Sequence record: MK962753.1
Source of the DNA: Shigella phage JK32
Length of the DNA stretch: 64,000 nucleotides
Strand: one strand, 5' to 3'
Shown here: one piece after another, positions 1 through 10,193 of the stretch
How the letters are laid out: every line of letters begins with the position of its first letter
Position numbering within the stretch: the stretch's first letter is position 1
Program-made: the position numbers and the translations under genes
The notes under the pieces: generated by a model
Told to the model about the DNA's origin: nothing
What the model saw: the letters and a program-made list of their open reading frames with translations, nothing else
The model's database searches: none

Positions 1-2109
1 TTAAAATTTAACATTCTTAACCAGTTTCATAAAGTCTTGTGCGCGTTTGTCGTTATGCAGAATACGATACCAGTTATCTACAATATCATACAGTAACGGG
101 CTATTCTCTTTAAACTTCGCACAAACTGCTTTAATTCGTTCGTTTGCTGCCGTGAATTTTTCATCACAGATCTTTTTAGTTTCTTCGTCCATAATCCAAC
201 GAGTATGAAGGAGTAACTTGGAAACCTCTTTATTATAATGACGACCGTACAGTCTGTCAACAAATTCTGGAATACAGCGTTCTAATTCATCGTCATGATA
301 CAACATAGTGATCACACCCAGATATTCGCCATACCCCAGATGATTGGTCTTAACCTTCTTAGCTAGACCAGCCAGCTTACCGCGAACAAATTCTAGCGCA
401 CATTCCAGTTGTTCGTCAACGAGATATTTTTGTGTCTCGTTTCGAGTAATAATATACTTTGTTACCCCGAAGTAGTCAAGCGCCGTGTGTAATGTATTTT
501 CACTATAGATCGATTTACGACTACGGCTTTCGAATGCATCACCTACGCGGAACATGTGCAAGCCTGACAACTCGCGAATCTCTGCCGCTTTCATGTGATG
601 GCTGGTTTTATGCCAACTGTCACCAATCTTTTCCATAATATACACGTTAGGCAGCTTAGGAGTCGCTTCACGTTGTGTACGCTCGGTCTTCTCCGGTTTA
701 ACTGCTTTAGCACGCAGATCATCGGCCTCGGACACTTTAATCACGGTCATTTCAGATTCATCATAATACTGTTTGATGTACTCGAAAGTCTCCATATGTT
801 TTTCGTTGTTCTGACGGAACACCAGTACCTTTTTATTGATGCCGTATTCCTGGACCATGCCGTTAAGAGTCAGTGCACGCAGTTTCGGTTTATCGGTATC
901 ATCAATAAGACACGTAATATCTTCTTTATGCATCCATACAAAATGCGTAATGTTGTATTGACTGCTAACGAAAGCAGGGCGCAATTTACTGATTGTGTGT
1001 CGAGTACGATACAGAGTATACACTTGACCTTCTACGTCATTAGGCGAATCTTTACCAGCATTAACAAACTTATTATAGATTTCTACCGGATCATCCCATT
1101 GTCCGATCTTACCCATCTTGCTAATAATATTGCGTTGAGTCGATGAATACTCGCTCATAAATTGCGCAAGTTTACGCTCTGTTTTAATGTTGGCGATCTT
1201 TTCTTTAACCTTTTCCAACATCATTTCATTGATTTCTGCAATGCGTTTTTCGATGTTCGCTTTAGTCTCAATTGACAAGTGAACTTCTTCACGCGATGGC
1301 ATCAGGTCCAGATCACCCAACTCAAAATTAATGTAAATGGTCTGGTGCTGGCGGTTTACAGCTTCTAACCATGTTCCGCGAACATATTCATACGGGATCG
1401 GATACTGGATCTTACCCATGATTGCATATACCACATACGCATCATTATCGCGACCATTACAAACATAATAATTATCAAAGATAGGGAAATAATTAATTTC
1501 GATTGCATTGATATTAGGTTTGTGTTCCCCAAAATGACGCAGTACAAATTGTGCTTCTCGATGCCATGTCTGAATATCTTTTTCTTTCACTGGAATAGTG
1601 ATTTTCAGACCATTGTCTTCATCAGTCGGTTCGTCGAAAATCTGCACCATTTTCGGCATAGAGTTTTGCACAAATGCCGTAAAGCCATAAGCGCGACCAT
1701 TGTAATAGTTTACGATTGTAAAGGTGTCGGTATAGCTATAAGCAGACTTCGCACCCAAACCAAAAGATCCAATATAATCATTAGTCTGGTCTTTTGTTGA
1801 TTCAAAGTAAACTGTAAACAGTTTTTCTAATTCCTTCTTAGATACAATGCCAGTGCCATAGTCACGCACAGAGAAATAAGGTTCAATTGCGGTAGGCAAA
1901 TGAATATCAAACGGACGATCTAAGGTTCCGGCTTCTTTGTGGGTGTCGGTAGCATTACATGAATACTCACGGACACAAGCACGTTCACAATATTGATAAG
2001 TGTTTTTAGAAAGCACCATAAAAGCCTTGCTACTTGCTTTCAGAGAAAAATCAACCGCACCGCTCAAGTCACTACCAAATACTTCTTCATTATCAATATG
2101 CATTTTCAT
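1..2109 (-). CDS. rIIA: rIIA protein (membrane-associated rII protein A)
   Basis: 702-aa ORF; N-terminal ATPase-like region and overall sequence resemble T4 rIIA; stop codon at window start. Confidence 0.85.
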   Translation of the reverse strand: MKMHIDNEEVFGSDLSGAVDFSLKASSKAFMVLSKNTYQYCERACVREYSCNATDTHKEAGTLDRPFDIHLPTAIEPYFSVRDYGTGIVSKKELEKLFTVYFESTKDQTNDYIGSFGLGAKSAYSYTDTFTIVNYYNGRAYGFTAFVQNSMPKMVQIFDEPTDEDNGLKITIPVKEKDIQTWHREAQFVLRHFGEHKPNINAIEINYFPIFDNYYVCNGRDNDAYVVYAIMGKIQYPIPYEYVRGTWLEAVNRQHQTIYINFELGDLDLMPSREEVHLSIETKANIEKRIAEINEMMLEKVKEKIANIKTERKLAQFMSEYSSTQRNIISKMGKIGQWDDPVEIYNKFVNAGKDSPNDVEGQVYTLYRTRHTISKLRPAFVSSQYNITHFVWMHKEDITCLIDDTDKPKLRALTLNGMVQEYGINKKVLVFRQNNEKHMETFEYIKQYYDESEMTVIKVSEADDLRAKAVKPEKTERTQREATPKLPNVYIMEKIGDSWHKTSHHMKAAEIRELSGLHMFRVGDAFESRSRKSIYSENTLHTALDYFGVTKYIITRNETQKYLVDEQLECALEFVRGKLAGLAKKVKTNHLGYGEYLGVITMLYHDDELERCIPEFVDRLYGRHYNKEVSKLLLHTRWIMDEETKKICDEKFTAANERIKAVCAKFKENSPLLYDIVDNWYRILHNDKRAQDFMKLVKNVKF

Positions 2110-2123
2110 AATATAATCCTCAC

Positions 2124-2381
2124 TTAATTAAAATCTTCTTTGTCCATCTCTGCGTAGATTACATCCCACGCCCATAAATCAATAAACGCATTATATGTCA
2201 CGGTGCAATCGTTGTCAATCACTTCTTTCGCATATTTCTTGATGTTTTCGTAGGAAACTTGCGGATTAATTTTGTTCTTCCGAAGGTGCGCATATTCATA
2301 CCTCAAACATTTCATAAACAGGTCCATCGATTTCTTTTCTCGATGACACTTGGCGATCATAAAATCAAAACTTCGACTCAT
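2124..2381 (-). CDS. hypothetical protein (rIIA.1 position)
   Basis: 85-aa ORF directly downstream of rIIA, same strand. Confidence 0.4.
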   Translation of the reverse strand: MSRSFDFMIAKCHREKKSMDLFMKCLRYEYAHLRKNKINPQVSYENIKKYAKEVIDNDCTVTYNAFIDLWAWDVIYAEMDKEDFN

Positions 2382-2392
2382 TTTTCTACTCC

Positions 2393-2587
2393 TTACACAT
2401 TTTCAATCACCCATTGCAGATGGGCTTCTTCGGCAACCAGTTCAGCGCGGCTTTTCTCTAAGCACTTGCTGTATTCTTTACGTTCCCACTCGGCAATTTC
2501 GTTTTTCAGGACTTCTTCATAGTAAGCAATTACGCCTTTCAGATCGGAAACTCTACGGCTTGCCAGTTCGATGTAATGGTTACGCAT
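2393..2587 (-). CDS. hypothetical protein
   Basis: 64-aa ORF, co-directional, preceded by AAGGAG-like site. Confidence 0.3.
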   Translation of the reverse strand: MRNHYIELASRRVSDLKGVIAYYEEVLKNEIAEWERKEYSKCLEKSRAELVAEEAHLQWVIENV

Positions 2588-2828
2588 TTTGATTCTCCTT
2601 TGTTACTAGATAACGAATTTGGTCTTGCATTGCGATCAGTTCCCAGCGTGCTACTTTCATCATGGAAACTGACTCTTTGAACATAATATTAGCTTTTTCC
2701 TTTTCCCCTGTCAAGTAGATTTCTGCAATTTTTTCACAAAATTTTTGAGTTTCTTCATTCTTAAACGGTTTCATATAAGTCAACCTTTTGTTTTCGATGG
2801 GGATATTATGATATATCCCCGATCTCAT
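2580..2828 (-). CDS. hypothetical protein
   Basis: 82-aa ORF, co-directional. Confidence 0.3.
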   Translation of the reverse strand: MRSGIYHNIPIENKRLTYMKPFKNEETQKFCEKIAEIYLTGEKEKANIMFKESVSMMKVARWELIAMQDQIRYLVTKENQNA

Positions 2829-2841
2829 GTCAACAACTTTT

Positions 2842-3141
2842 TTAATCTTTTTTCAGTGCATCCATTACTCGCTCTGCGATCAGTTCTCGTAAGCACTGAT
2901 AACCATGATATTTGATGGCAATATCACGCAGATCATTAACCAGTTCCCGTACTTCATGGTCTTTCAAATCGTCTCTGTATTTCGATTTAACCGTGTCTTT
3001 AGGTGGATTGCGGATAACCTGAAACCCTTGTTCTGCAATCACTGCGGCTTCTCGCTGGCGTTCGTGTTGTACTGTATTTTTGATTAGGTCTGCTTCCATG
3101 AACTTTGCCATACTCATCATCATGTTATTCTTTTTGCTCAT
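2842..3141 (-). CDS. hypothetical protein
   Basis: ORF 2842-3222 trimmed to internal Met (MSKKNN...) that is preceded by GAGGA; upstream lies a promoter cassette. Confidence 0.35.
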   Translation of the reverse strand: MSKKNNMMMSMAKFMEADLIKNTVQHERQREAAVIAEQGFQVIRNPPKDTVKSKYRDDLKDHEVRELVNDLRDIAIKYHGYQCLRELIAERVMDALKKD

Positions 3142-3164
3142 CGTTAAATCCTCATAAAAGAAAA

Positions 3165-3203
3165 GGGAGACTCCCATTATAGAGAATCTCCCTTGTATGT
3201 CAA
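3165..3203 (-). promoter_or_regulatory. early sigma70-like promoter with stem-loop (minus TTGACA 3203-3198, TATAAT 3181-3176; inverted repeat GGGAGA/TCTCCC)
   Basis: -35/-10 hexamers at 16-nt spacing read directly; same architecture recurs upstream of many genes. Confidence 0.5.
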
Positions 3204-3206
3204 GTG

Positions 3207-5030
3207 TTATGATTGCATCCAAATTTTGCGTTGATCTGCATCTTCACTATAGAGCAAATCGAATAGCTCTTTATAGTTTTCCGGTAACGTGATGATCTCC
3301 ATTACAGGATCGTTGATCACGCGATGATAATCTGATTCTGTGAGCGATGCTAAACCTTTGATATATCGAATGTTGTAACCTTTGATATTATCGCGATCGT
3401 TCTCGAAATCTTCTAGGTCATAATACCATCGAACATCATCACCTTTCTTTGGTTCCGCAATGATAATAGGTGTTTTGATAAACCGGATTCGTCCATCTTC
3501 GAACAATTCAGGCCAACGAGCAAAGAAAGAGATCAGACTAGGCTTAATAGACCCGATCCCGTCAGTATCAGCGTCCGTCATAATCGCAATATTTTTGTAT
3601 TGCATAACTTCCAGTGCATCAACACCAAATTGCAAACCAGTGATCGCCATGATGTTAAAAATTTCGGCGTTCTTAACGATCTTTGCCTCTGGTTGTTCCC
3701 ACGTTGTAAGAGTTTTACCTCGCAACGGGAAACCGCCATGTAAATCTTGATCACGTACAGAGATCAGATAGTTGATCGCGGAATCACCTTCCGTCAAGAA
3801 CAGGGTAGTTTCTGCGTCAGTTCCAATAAGGTTAGCTTTAACGTGTTTTGCTACCTTAGCCCGTTTTGCTGCCTTTGCTGCCTTAGTCGCTGCCGCTTTA
3901 TCTGCTGCCTCTTTGCGTGCCAAAACTACAGCAATAATAGGCATGATAATGTTTTCTTTCTTCGCAATGACTTTAGCCAGTTTTTTAAAATCCAGATCAA
4001 TGTGTCGCTTGATATCACCAGTTGGATTAGTCAAGCGTTCTTTTGTCTGTGAATCAAAACGAAGGTTAGGCAATTCACGAACAATAAGAATACAGGTCAA
4101 TCCAGACTTAACCGCAGCTTTAGTAACATCAACCTTATATTCTTTCTTGATTCGTTTTACAATCTCTTCACAAAGATCATCTGTCACGTAGTCTACGTGT
4201 GTTCCCCCGTTTTTGGTAAACAGACCATTAGCAAAGGATACTGATTTAAAACCTTCTCCCTCGACCGCAGGAACTAGGGCAAGTGAAAAGTTTTTATCCT
4301 CGATGACAAACGGATCATCATTGTATAGTTTAGCATAATCCTTGAATTTGCTTGTTATCTTTTTGCCGTTAAATTTAAACGTGATCTTAGGAAAGATTAC
4401 ACTCAATGAATACATTCGGTCGCAAATCACATCTGAAATTTCTTGTGACATGATCATACCTTCAAAATGATCGAAATCGGGGCAGAACGTAACCTTAGTT
4501 CCTTTCAGTTTTGACGGCTTAGATGACCAGCTAATATTTTCTGCACCATTGGTACATTGAACGGTCAGTTCATTCTCTCCGTCACACGTCACACCAGTAA
4601 ACCAGGACGAGAAAAATGATGTGAGCGCGCTTCCGATCCCATTCATACCCATAGTAACACGATTTGTATCATCAAAGTTAGACCCTGCTTTAGCTCGTGT
4701 CCATGCAGCAACTGGTTGTGGAATCTGTTTCCCTTCTGGCGTCGTAACAATATGTTGCGGAATACCGCGACCATTATCTGTTACTGACACAATGTTATCT
4801 TTTATATCCACACTAATAACATTAGCGTACTCAAAATTAGTGCGGATCGCCTCGTCTACCGAGTTGTCGATGATCTCATCAATGATTTTAACCAGTCCAG
4901 GAACGTATGAAACTTTGGTCCATTTTCCAAATAGGAAACGATTGTGTGATTCATAAGTCGTTGACCCGATGTACATTGAAGGTCTCTTAAGACAGTGAGC
5001 GCGATCATCTAACAGCAAAAATTCAGACAT
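3207..5030 (-). CDS. 39: DNA topoisomerase II large subunit, single-gene form (equivalent to T4 gp39 plus gp60)
   Basis: 607-aa ORF; GyrB-like ATPase N-terminus and Toprim-like C-terminal region in one frame; size matches fused 39/60 of T4 relatives. Confidence 0.85.
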   Translation of the reverse strand: MSEFLLLDDRAHCLKRPSMYIGSTTYESHNRFLFGKWTKVSYVPGLVKIIDEIIDNSVDEAIRTNFEYANVISVDIKDNIVSVTDNGRGIPQHIVTTPEGKQIPQPVAAWTRAKAGSNFDDTNRVTMGMNGIGSALTSFFSSWFTGVTCDGENELTVQCTNGAENISWSSKPSKLKGTKVTFCPDFDHFEGMIMSQEISDVICDRMYSLSVIFPKITFKFNGKKITSKFKDYAKLYNDDPFVIEDKNFSLALVPAVEGEGFKSVSFANGLFTKNGGTHVDYVTDDLCEEIVKRIKKEYKVDVTKAAVKSGLTCILIVRELPNLRFDSQTKERLTNPTGDIKRHIDLDFKKLAKVIAKKENIIMPIIAVVLARKEAADKAAATKAAKAAKRAKVAKHVKANLIGTDAETTLFLTEGDSAINYLISVRDQDLHGGFPLRGKTLTTWEQPEAKIVKNAEIFNIMAITGLQFGVDALEVMQYKNIAIMTDADTDGIGSIKPSLISFFARWPELFEDGRIRFIKTPIIIAEPKKGDDVRWYYDLEDFENDRDNIKGYNIRYIKGLASLTESDYHRVINDPVMEIITLPENYKELFDLLYSEDADQRKIWMQS

Positions 5031-5036
5031 ATTATA

Positions 5037-5795
5037 TCATTCTCCGTCAGTTCGTTTCAGGTATTCCAATGCCGCATATAATCTTTGAGGATCGTCTTTG
5101 AACATCCCTAATCCGGCATTACATTTTCCACAAAGAACACCTCTTATCTTACCAGTCTTATGATTATGGTCAAGATGTTTCCACTTTTGGCGTTTTCTCT
5201 CGCCGCATCGTTCATTTATGAATTTTACACCGCATATCTCGCAATTGTCAACTCTGCCTAAAATTTCTAACGCTTCTCTTTTTGATATTTTTATACCATT
5301 TTCGGCATGATGATATGGCCTATCTAGTTCTCGCTCTCGCTTCTCAAACAATCGACACTCATCAGAACAATACTTTTGAGATGCGTTTATTGCAACAAAT
5401 GGTTTACCACATTTAGCGCATTCTCGTTCAATCTTTATGTTTTGTGCCTGGTCCAACGATGCGCAACGAGAACAGCAAAATTTATGATAGCCTCTAGAGT
5501 ATGTATGATAATTTACAGGATTTGGGCATCTTGCACACTTAACTATTCCTGTTATTCCGTGGCGCAATCTATAAACAGCCTCGTTATATGGTTGTTGATT
5601 TCTGAGACCTCCATTACAGAACTTAAACTCATTCCTTATAATCTGAAATTCCGCAGGATACAATTTTTCCATTTCTGGAATTTTATTTTCTTTAAAAAGA
5701 TTTGAGTTTAGTCTATTTCCGCTTTTCGCCTCCAGAACATCAACAATGAACTTTTTGATGTTCACTTTTCTCTCTCCAATACATAACATAACCAT
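5037..5795 (-). CDS. endonuclease VII-domain nuclease with N-terminal Cys-rich zinc-finger region (mob-like)
   Basis: C-terminal DHNHKTGKIRGVLCGKCNAGLG resembles T4 endonuclease VII catalytic region; multiple CxxC pairs. Confidence 0.55.
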   Translation of the reverse strand: MVMLCIGERKVNIKKFIVDVLEAKSGNRLNSNLFKENKIPEMEKLYPAEFQIIRNEFKFCNGGLRNQQPYNEAVYRLRHGITGIVKCARCPNPVNYHTYSRGYHKFCCSRCASLDQAQNIKIERECAKCGKPFVAINASQKYCSDECRLFEKRERELDRPYHHAENGIKISKREALEILGRVDNCEICGVKFINERCGERKRQKWKHLDHNHKTGKIRGVLCGKCNAGLGMFKDDPQRLYAALEYLKRTDGE

Positions 5796-5867
5796 AACTT
5801 ACTGCAACCGCCACAAAGACGGCTGCAACAATCATATTAAAAATTGAGTGATTGTCAAGTATATGAC

Positions 5868-6041
5868 TCATGACACGCGCACATTTTTATCGTAATACCC
5901 GCCATTAATCCCGCGCGGGGCGGTTAATCCCTGTTTGCATTCTTTACCACATTCAGGGCATTCTGCCTTTTCACGCTCGGAAATTTTGCGGATTTTCTGA
6001 AATTGACCGTGTTCTTCACAAGAATAATCATATAATGGCAT
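5868..6041 (-). CDS. small zinc-ribbon protein (FmdB-like CxxC...CxxC)
   Basis: ORF trimmed to MPLYDYSCEEHG start preceded by AGGGGA; two Cys pairs. Confidence 0.45.
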   Translation of the reverse strand: MPLYDYSCEEHGQFQKIRKISEREKAECPECGKECKQGLTAPRGINGGYYDKNVRVS

Positions 6042-6042
6042 A

Positions 6043-6711
6043 TTATCCCCTTTGTTTCTTAACTGAATTTGGATCTGGATTTTCTGGCAAGTCTTCCAGA
6101 CCCATAGCATAACGTTGTGCATAGATTAGCATAAGAATATCGCGAGCGCAATCATGAATTGCATCATGTGCGATAAAACCATCTAGCGTACCCATTGGTA
6201 ACGGGCATTCACACATACCACGATGCATCAATGTACGCTCAATGGCGGTACGAACATCTCGGATGTTCCAGAATCGCACAGGTTCAAGGCTGAACGTCTC
6301 TCGTGTATTGTGTGCACGGCGGATCATATCAACTAGTAACGGAATATCAAACGCATTGCCGCGTGACCACATTACGGATTTAACCGGATCTACTCCTACG
6401 GCTTCACAGAATGCGTTAAAACGCGCTAAACCTTCTTTAGTTGATACTTCCGTACCATTTGTGATTAATTGCTTTCTCATGCCTTCTGAGGCGGTATTCT
6501 TCCACCATTCAACCACACCATGATCAAAGATCCTTACACCTTTCTGGGAAGGAATATCAAATTTTACCAGAAAGGAATTGTCAACCAGTTCTTTAAATGT
6601 AGGTGGATTATGTGGATCTTCTTTAAATCCGATTGCCGCCATATTGATTACCGCCCCATCAGGCGGATAACCTAAACTTTCAAAGTCAATCATTAAATCC
6701 ACTGGAAGCAT
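6043..6711 (-). CDS. dexA: exonuclease A (DnaQ-like 3'-5' exonuclease)
   Basis: Resembles T4 DexA; start set at Met (MLPVDLMIDFE) preceded by GGAGG, ORF track gives longer 6043-6783. Confidence 0.7.
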   Translation of the reverse strand: MLPVDLMIDFESLGYPPDGAVINMAAIGFKEDPHNPPTFKELVDNSFLVKFDIPSQKGVRIFDHGVVEWWKNTASEGMRKQLITNGTEVSTKEGLARFNAFCEAVGVDPVKSVMWSRGNAFDIPLLVDMIRRAHNTRETFSLEPVRFWNIRDVRTAIERTLMHRGMCECPLPMGTLDGFIAHDAIHDCARDILMLIYAQRYAMGLEDLPENPDPNSVKKQRG

Positions 6712-6712
6712 T

Positions 6713-6955
6713 TTAAATATCCTCCGCGATATGCCGGAACAACTCCAGATCGTTTTTATCCAGAATGAAACCGCTACAATCAATAATCCCTTTACCGTAA
6801 TTATCGGTTAACAGTCGGTCCGTTGCCATGTATGCGCGTACTTTGTTGTTAAAATTCATTACATGTTGTGCATAGTCACAATGAATCTTTTGACGGTTCC
6901 ACGCGACAATTGATTGTAGATGTATTACATTAGCCATATCATTAATAACAACCAT
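6713..6955 (-). CDS. hypothetical protein (dexA.1 position)
   Basis: 80-aa ORF. Confidence 0.35.
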   Translation of the reverse strand: MVVINDMANVIHLQSIVAWNRQKIHCDYAQHVMNFNNKVRAYMATDRLLTDNYGKGIIDCSGFILDKNDLELFRHIAEDI

Positions 6956-6956
6956 A

Positions 6957-7124
6957 TCAAAACCCTCGCTTAGTGAAATGCTCGATCATTTTATTGATAC
7001 ATGCAGCTTCACTATCGCCGGACACATTCCAGCCATATAGACCCCATCTAAAACACATGGTAACAGTTCCATTGTGACGGCTTACCGTCACATCATTAAA
7101 TTCTGGGATACTTCGCATAATCAT
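6957..7124 (-). CDS. hypothetical small protein (55 aa, not in ORF track)
   Basis: ATG at 7124-7122 preceded by GAGG overlapping dda stop; translation MIMRSIPEFNDVTVSRHNGTVNHVFRWGLYGWNVSGDSEAACINKMIEHFTKRGF read by hand. Confidence 0.3.
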   Translation of the reverse strand: MIMRSIPEFNDVTVSRHNGTVTMCFRWGLYGWNVSGDSEAACINKMIEHFTKRGF

Positions 7125-7134
7125 AATAATTTCC

Positions 7135-8526
7135 TCAAATATAGTCTACTCGATACCGCGCACGGGTAACACCCACATATAATAACTGCATTGCCAATTC
7201 AAAGTCAACATTGTCTGTACACATGCAAGGAGTATACAGGAACACGCGGTCTACGCTGATCCCTTGTGACTTATGAATGGTGCAAGCTGGTAATGCTTTT
7301 ACATTCAAGAACATACGTTTCATCGTCCAGAAGGAATCCCAATCTGGTTTAAATTTTGGATTCTCTTTCTTCATTTCGCGATATTGTCCGGCGACCGTAT
7401 TCAGATAGATAGAGAAAATGTTCTTCTGACGTTGTTCTGTCAGAATGTTGATTTCTACTAAATCCGGTTTATCTGTAGTGATTCCGACTGCATCTAAACC
7501 AACTTTCTGATTTAGGATTTCTTTGTCTTCGTCATCATCGACGCTTTCCACTTTCAGAGTATAGCCTAAAACTGGTTGCGGATCTACCCCCGTGCAACGT
7601 AATGTAAATTCACGCGGGATGACCTCTTTAACTCGGATCATCTCACCATTGTTAAAAATAACATTGGGAATCTTCTTCCCGCGTTCATCTCGCAGATATT
7701 CGATCAATGGTTCCTGAGTAACCAGAATTTCATCTACAATCACTGGTTCATCGGTGTTATAAACGCGCTTACGTACAATTTCATTGAGTTTTTCGACGCT
7801 CTTGTTAGTGTAGGCCAGAATACGGTTTTCTAGAAGGTCTTCCGGCGTTTTAACGGTTTCGAAATAATGCTTCATAAACTCCGGTAGAGTTGAGCTATGG
7901 AATACACCCTCGTTACCGCACTGCTTTTCGAATACCCATTTACCGTTACGAACAGCGGTCGCCACATCAATGATCGGTGCATTAGATCGTTTAATTTCTG
8001 TCAACTCCACGTTTTGAAAATTTTCATCCGTGAAGAAAGGAGAAATTGACGTTGCACCACTCGGATCAACTGGTCGTAACTGGTGCGGATCGCCAACTGC
8101 AATAACAACAATTCGACCGTTGATACTCTTCATGAGAATATCAAATAGTTTCTTATCGACCATACTCGCTTCATCAACAATGATGATCTGAACATCATCT
8201 AGTTTAGGAGTATCTTTTTGCTCAAATACTTGAGTATCTTCATAGTTGGTCGGGTTTAGTCGCAGTAGTGCATGTAAAGTAAATGCTTGACGACCTACCG
8301 CTTTACTCAAAACTTTTTTAGCCTGGTGGGTAGGCGTTGCCAAAACCACACCAGTCACACCACGGCGGACCATTTCCTGAACAATGAATTTCATCATTGC
8401 GGTTTTACCAGTACCCGCCGCACCACGGACAGTTGTATGCTTCTTTTGTTCAATGCGTTTCATTAGAACATCAAAAGCATGTTTTTGTCCGTCTGTCAAC
8501 ATGTCGAAAGTTAATACTCTGCTCAT
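7135..8526 (-). CDS. dda: Dda DNA helicase (SF1)
   Basis: 463-aa ORF; GAAGTGKT Walker A and strong collinear similarity to T4 Dda. Confidence 0.9.
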   Translation of the reverse strand: MSRVLTFDMLTDGQKHAFDVLMKRIEQKKHTTVRGAAGTGKTAMMKFIVQEMVRRGVTGVVLATPTHQAKKVLSKAVGRQAFTLHALLRLNPTNYEDTQVFEQKDTPKLDDVQIIIVDEASMVDKKLFDILMKSINGRIVVIAVGDPHQLRPVDPSGATSISPFFTDENFQNVELTEIKRSNAPIIDVATAVRNGKWVFEKQCGNEGVFHSSTLPEFMKHYFETVKTPEDLLENRILAYTNKSVEKLNEIVRKRVYNTDEPVIVDEILVTQEPLIEYLRDERGKKIPNVIFNNGEMIRVKEVIPREFTLRCTGVDPQPVLGYTLKVESVDDDEDKEILNQKVGLDAVGITTDKPDLVEINILTEQRQKNIFSIYLNTVAGQYREMKKENPKFKPDWDSFWTMKRMFLNVKALPACTIHKSQGISVDRVFLYTPCMCTDNVDFELAMQLLYVGVTRARYRVDYI

Positions 8527-8840
8527 TATCCTAAAATCCTCACCTTGCGAACACAGATAGTATTGAGTTCTCGCCGTACCCGTTCTTTTTCATATTCAGG
8601 AATTTTGTATTCTATACCATCCCGAACAATTTCAGAAGATCGGATTATACCAAATTTTCGTTTAGGCACAACCTTGTATTTCGGTTCACCTGCCAATAGA
8701 CTCTCACAATAATCTATCTGATCACACATTGACGCTAACGCAGCATCATGTGTTTCGCAAGTTAGGACGCGACCTTTCGCGTCCACTGAGTATTGAAAGA
8801 ATCCGTCTTTATCACGATAACATACAGCAAATACATGCAT
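8526..8840 (-). CDS. hypothetical protein (dda.1 position)
   Basis: 104-aa ORF. Confidence 0.35.
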   Translation of the reverse strand: MHVFAVCYRDKDGFFQYSVDAKGRVLTCETHDAALASMCDQIDYCESLLAGEPKYKVVPKRKFGIIRSSEIVRDGIEYKIPEYEKERVRRELNTICVRKVRILG

Positions 8841-9595
8841 TATAAACCTACCTTCGCTTTCATCAATTCAATCCACGACGCATCAATCGGAAGCCCGTAT
8901 TTCACGCGTTCTTTTTGTGCTGGCGTTAAGTTCTCATACTTAGAAAGAGATTCAATCAAAACGCTGGTATATTTTAGCACGATTTCGGTATTGTTTGCAA
9001 TAGCCTTAAGTTTTTCCTCTTTCTTGTTGATTTCGCTAAGGGCTTGCTTGAGATCTGCAATTTTCTGATAACGTTCTTCCATACGGAAGAGAGTATTTTT
9101 AATCGCTCGCTCGGCTGCCTCTGCTTTCTCCGGTTCGTTGTGCTTTTTGTGGCGCTCGATTGCTAATTTCTTTTCTTCGATTGCCATTTCCTGATTTTTG
9201 ATGCGATTCTCGTTAAGTTCGATCCACTCGATGTACTTCGCACGTAGGGCAATTTCATCATCAGAAAGTTTACCGTTAGTTCCTAGTTCCTGGATCTCTT
9301 TAAGAGATTCGATAGTGTGATTGCCACGGAAAGAATTGTATTTCAGTTTAACCGGAATTACATTGCCATCAACATATCCCAGATTGCAATCAATGCGCTC
9401 TAAGGAGAGTCCGTCATCACCTTCACCGAAAGCCTCACCTGAATAGGCGCAATGAGTCTGACGGTAAATGTTACGCACAGTGACTAAGCTCATAGAGAAG
9501 TCTTTGTTGCGACGTGAAGCGCCAGCCATGATAGAGTTCAGACGGAAAACAACCAGCGCCAATTCTTCGTTAGATTTAAAAGCAAACAGTTTCAT
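8840..9595 (-). CDS. hypothetical protein with coiled-coil C-terminus (position of T4 srd)
   Basis: 251-aa ORF; assignment positional only. Confidence 0.3.
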   Translation of the reverse strand: MKLFAFKSNEELALVVFRLNSIMAGASRRNKDFSMSLVTVRNIYRQTHCAYSGEAFGEGDDGLSLERIDCNLGYVDGNVIPVKLKYNSFRGNHTIESLKEIQELGTNGKLSDDEIALRAKYIEWIELNENRIKNQEMAIEEKKLAIERHKKHNEPEKAEAAERAIKNTLFRMEERYQKIADLKQALSEINKKEEKLKAIANNTEIVLKYTSVLIESLSKYENLTPAQKERVKYGLPIDASWIELMKAKVGL

Positions 9596-9624
9596 AATTG
9601 ATTCTCCTTAGTTGGTATGTGTGT

Positions 9625-9653
9625 ATTATTGTCTGTCTGGTTTGTGCTGTCAA
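9625..9653 (-). promoter_or_regulatory. early sigma70-like promoter (minus TTGACA 9653-9648, AATAAT 9630-9625)
   Basis: Hexamers with 17-nt spacer upstream of AAGGAG and ATG at 9595. Confidence 0.5.
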
Positions 9654-9656
9654 CAC

Positions 9657-10160
9657 TTAAATTAAAGAAAATTTGTAAATCTCTATCAGATCGCCATTAC
9701 ACGCGTAAACTTCCTCGATCTCATCAAGGATCATGGTCGTCCCTGTCTTGTATATACACTCGCGCTCATCTGCCAACATAGCATACAAAGACAGTCGAGT
9801 AGTCGGATTGTCATACTCTTTAGACACCACTCGGTCAATAGCATGTTCGTAATAATTCATGCAAGGCTTGGTAGGTTTTATTGCAATAATCTTTCCTGTT
9901 GCATAAACATCGGTTGCAAAGTCCTCTGCTGTTGATTGCAGTGGCGTAAAGCTCATAGGACGCTCTACAACGAAAGAATCACCTACAATTAGGGTATCCA
10001 GCTTACGGCCTTCTCTTTTGCTCACACCGCGATACAAGGCTTCATGATGCACTAACCGTTCAGTCTTTTCAATCAATCCATTAAGGATCGACATATCGAT
10101 ATTTTCTTTAGAGTTCATCACTTCATCAATGATGTTAAGTTCTTCTGGTGTAAATTGCAT
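9657..10160 (-). CDS. putative ADP-ribosyltransferase (ModA/ModB-like)
   Basis: 167-aa ORF at the T4 modA/modB position; candidate R, S-T and E-x-E motifs (YRG, QSTAE, ERE). Confidence 0.4.
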   Translation of the reverse strand: MQFTPEELNIIDEVMNSKENIDMSILNGLIEKTERLVHHEALYRGVSKREGRKLDTLIVGDSFVVERPMSFTPLQSTAEDFATDVYATGKIIAIKPTKPCMNYYEHAIDRVVSKEYDNPTTRLSLYAMLADERECIYKTGTTMILDEIEEVYACNGDLIEIYKFSLI

Positions 10161-10193
10161 AATAAAAAAGCCTCCAATCTTTCGACGGGAGGC
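10161..10193 (-). terminator. rho-independent terminator (stem GCCTCC/GGAGGC plus T-run on minus strand)
   Basis: Hairpin followed by TTTTTT on transcribed strand directly after gene 56. Confidence 0.5.

Noticed and set aside
595-1146. Plus-strand ORFs of 60-180 aa throughout the window (e.g. 595-1146, 3772-4191, 12451-12897, 29279-29791, 42608-43111)
   Set aside because: All lie antisense within well-supported minus-strand genes, have low-complexity or hydrophobic translations typical of reverse frames, and lack ribosome-binding sites
7074-7091. Perfect hairpin GTGACGG-CTTA-CCGTCAC between dexA.1-position ORF and dda
   Set aside because: No T-run on either strand and it lies inside the hand-called 55-aa ORF, so not called a terminator
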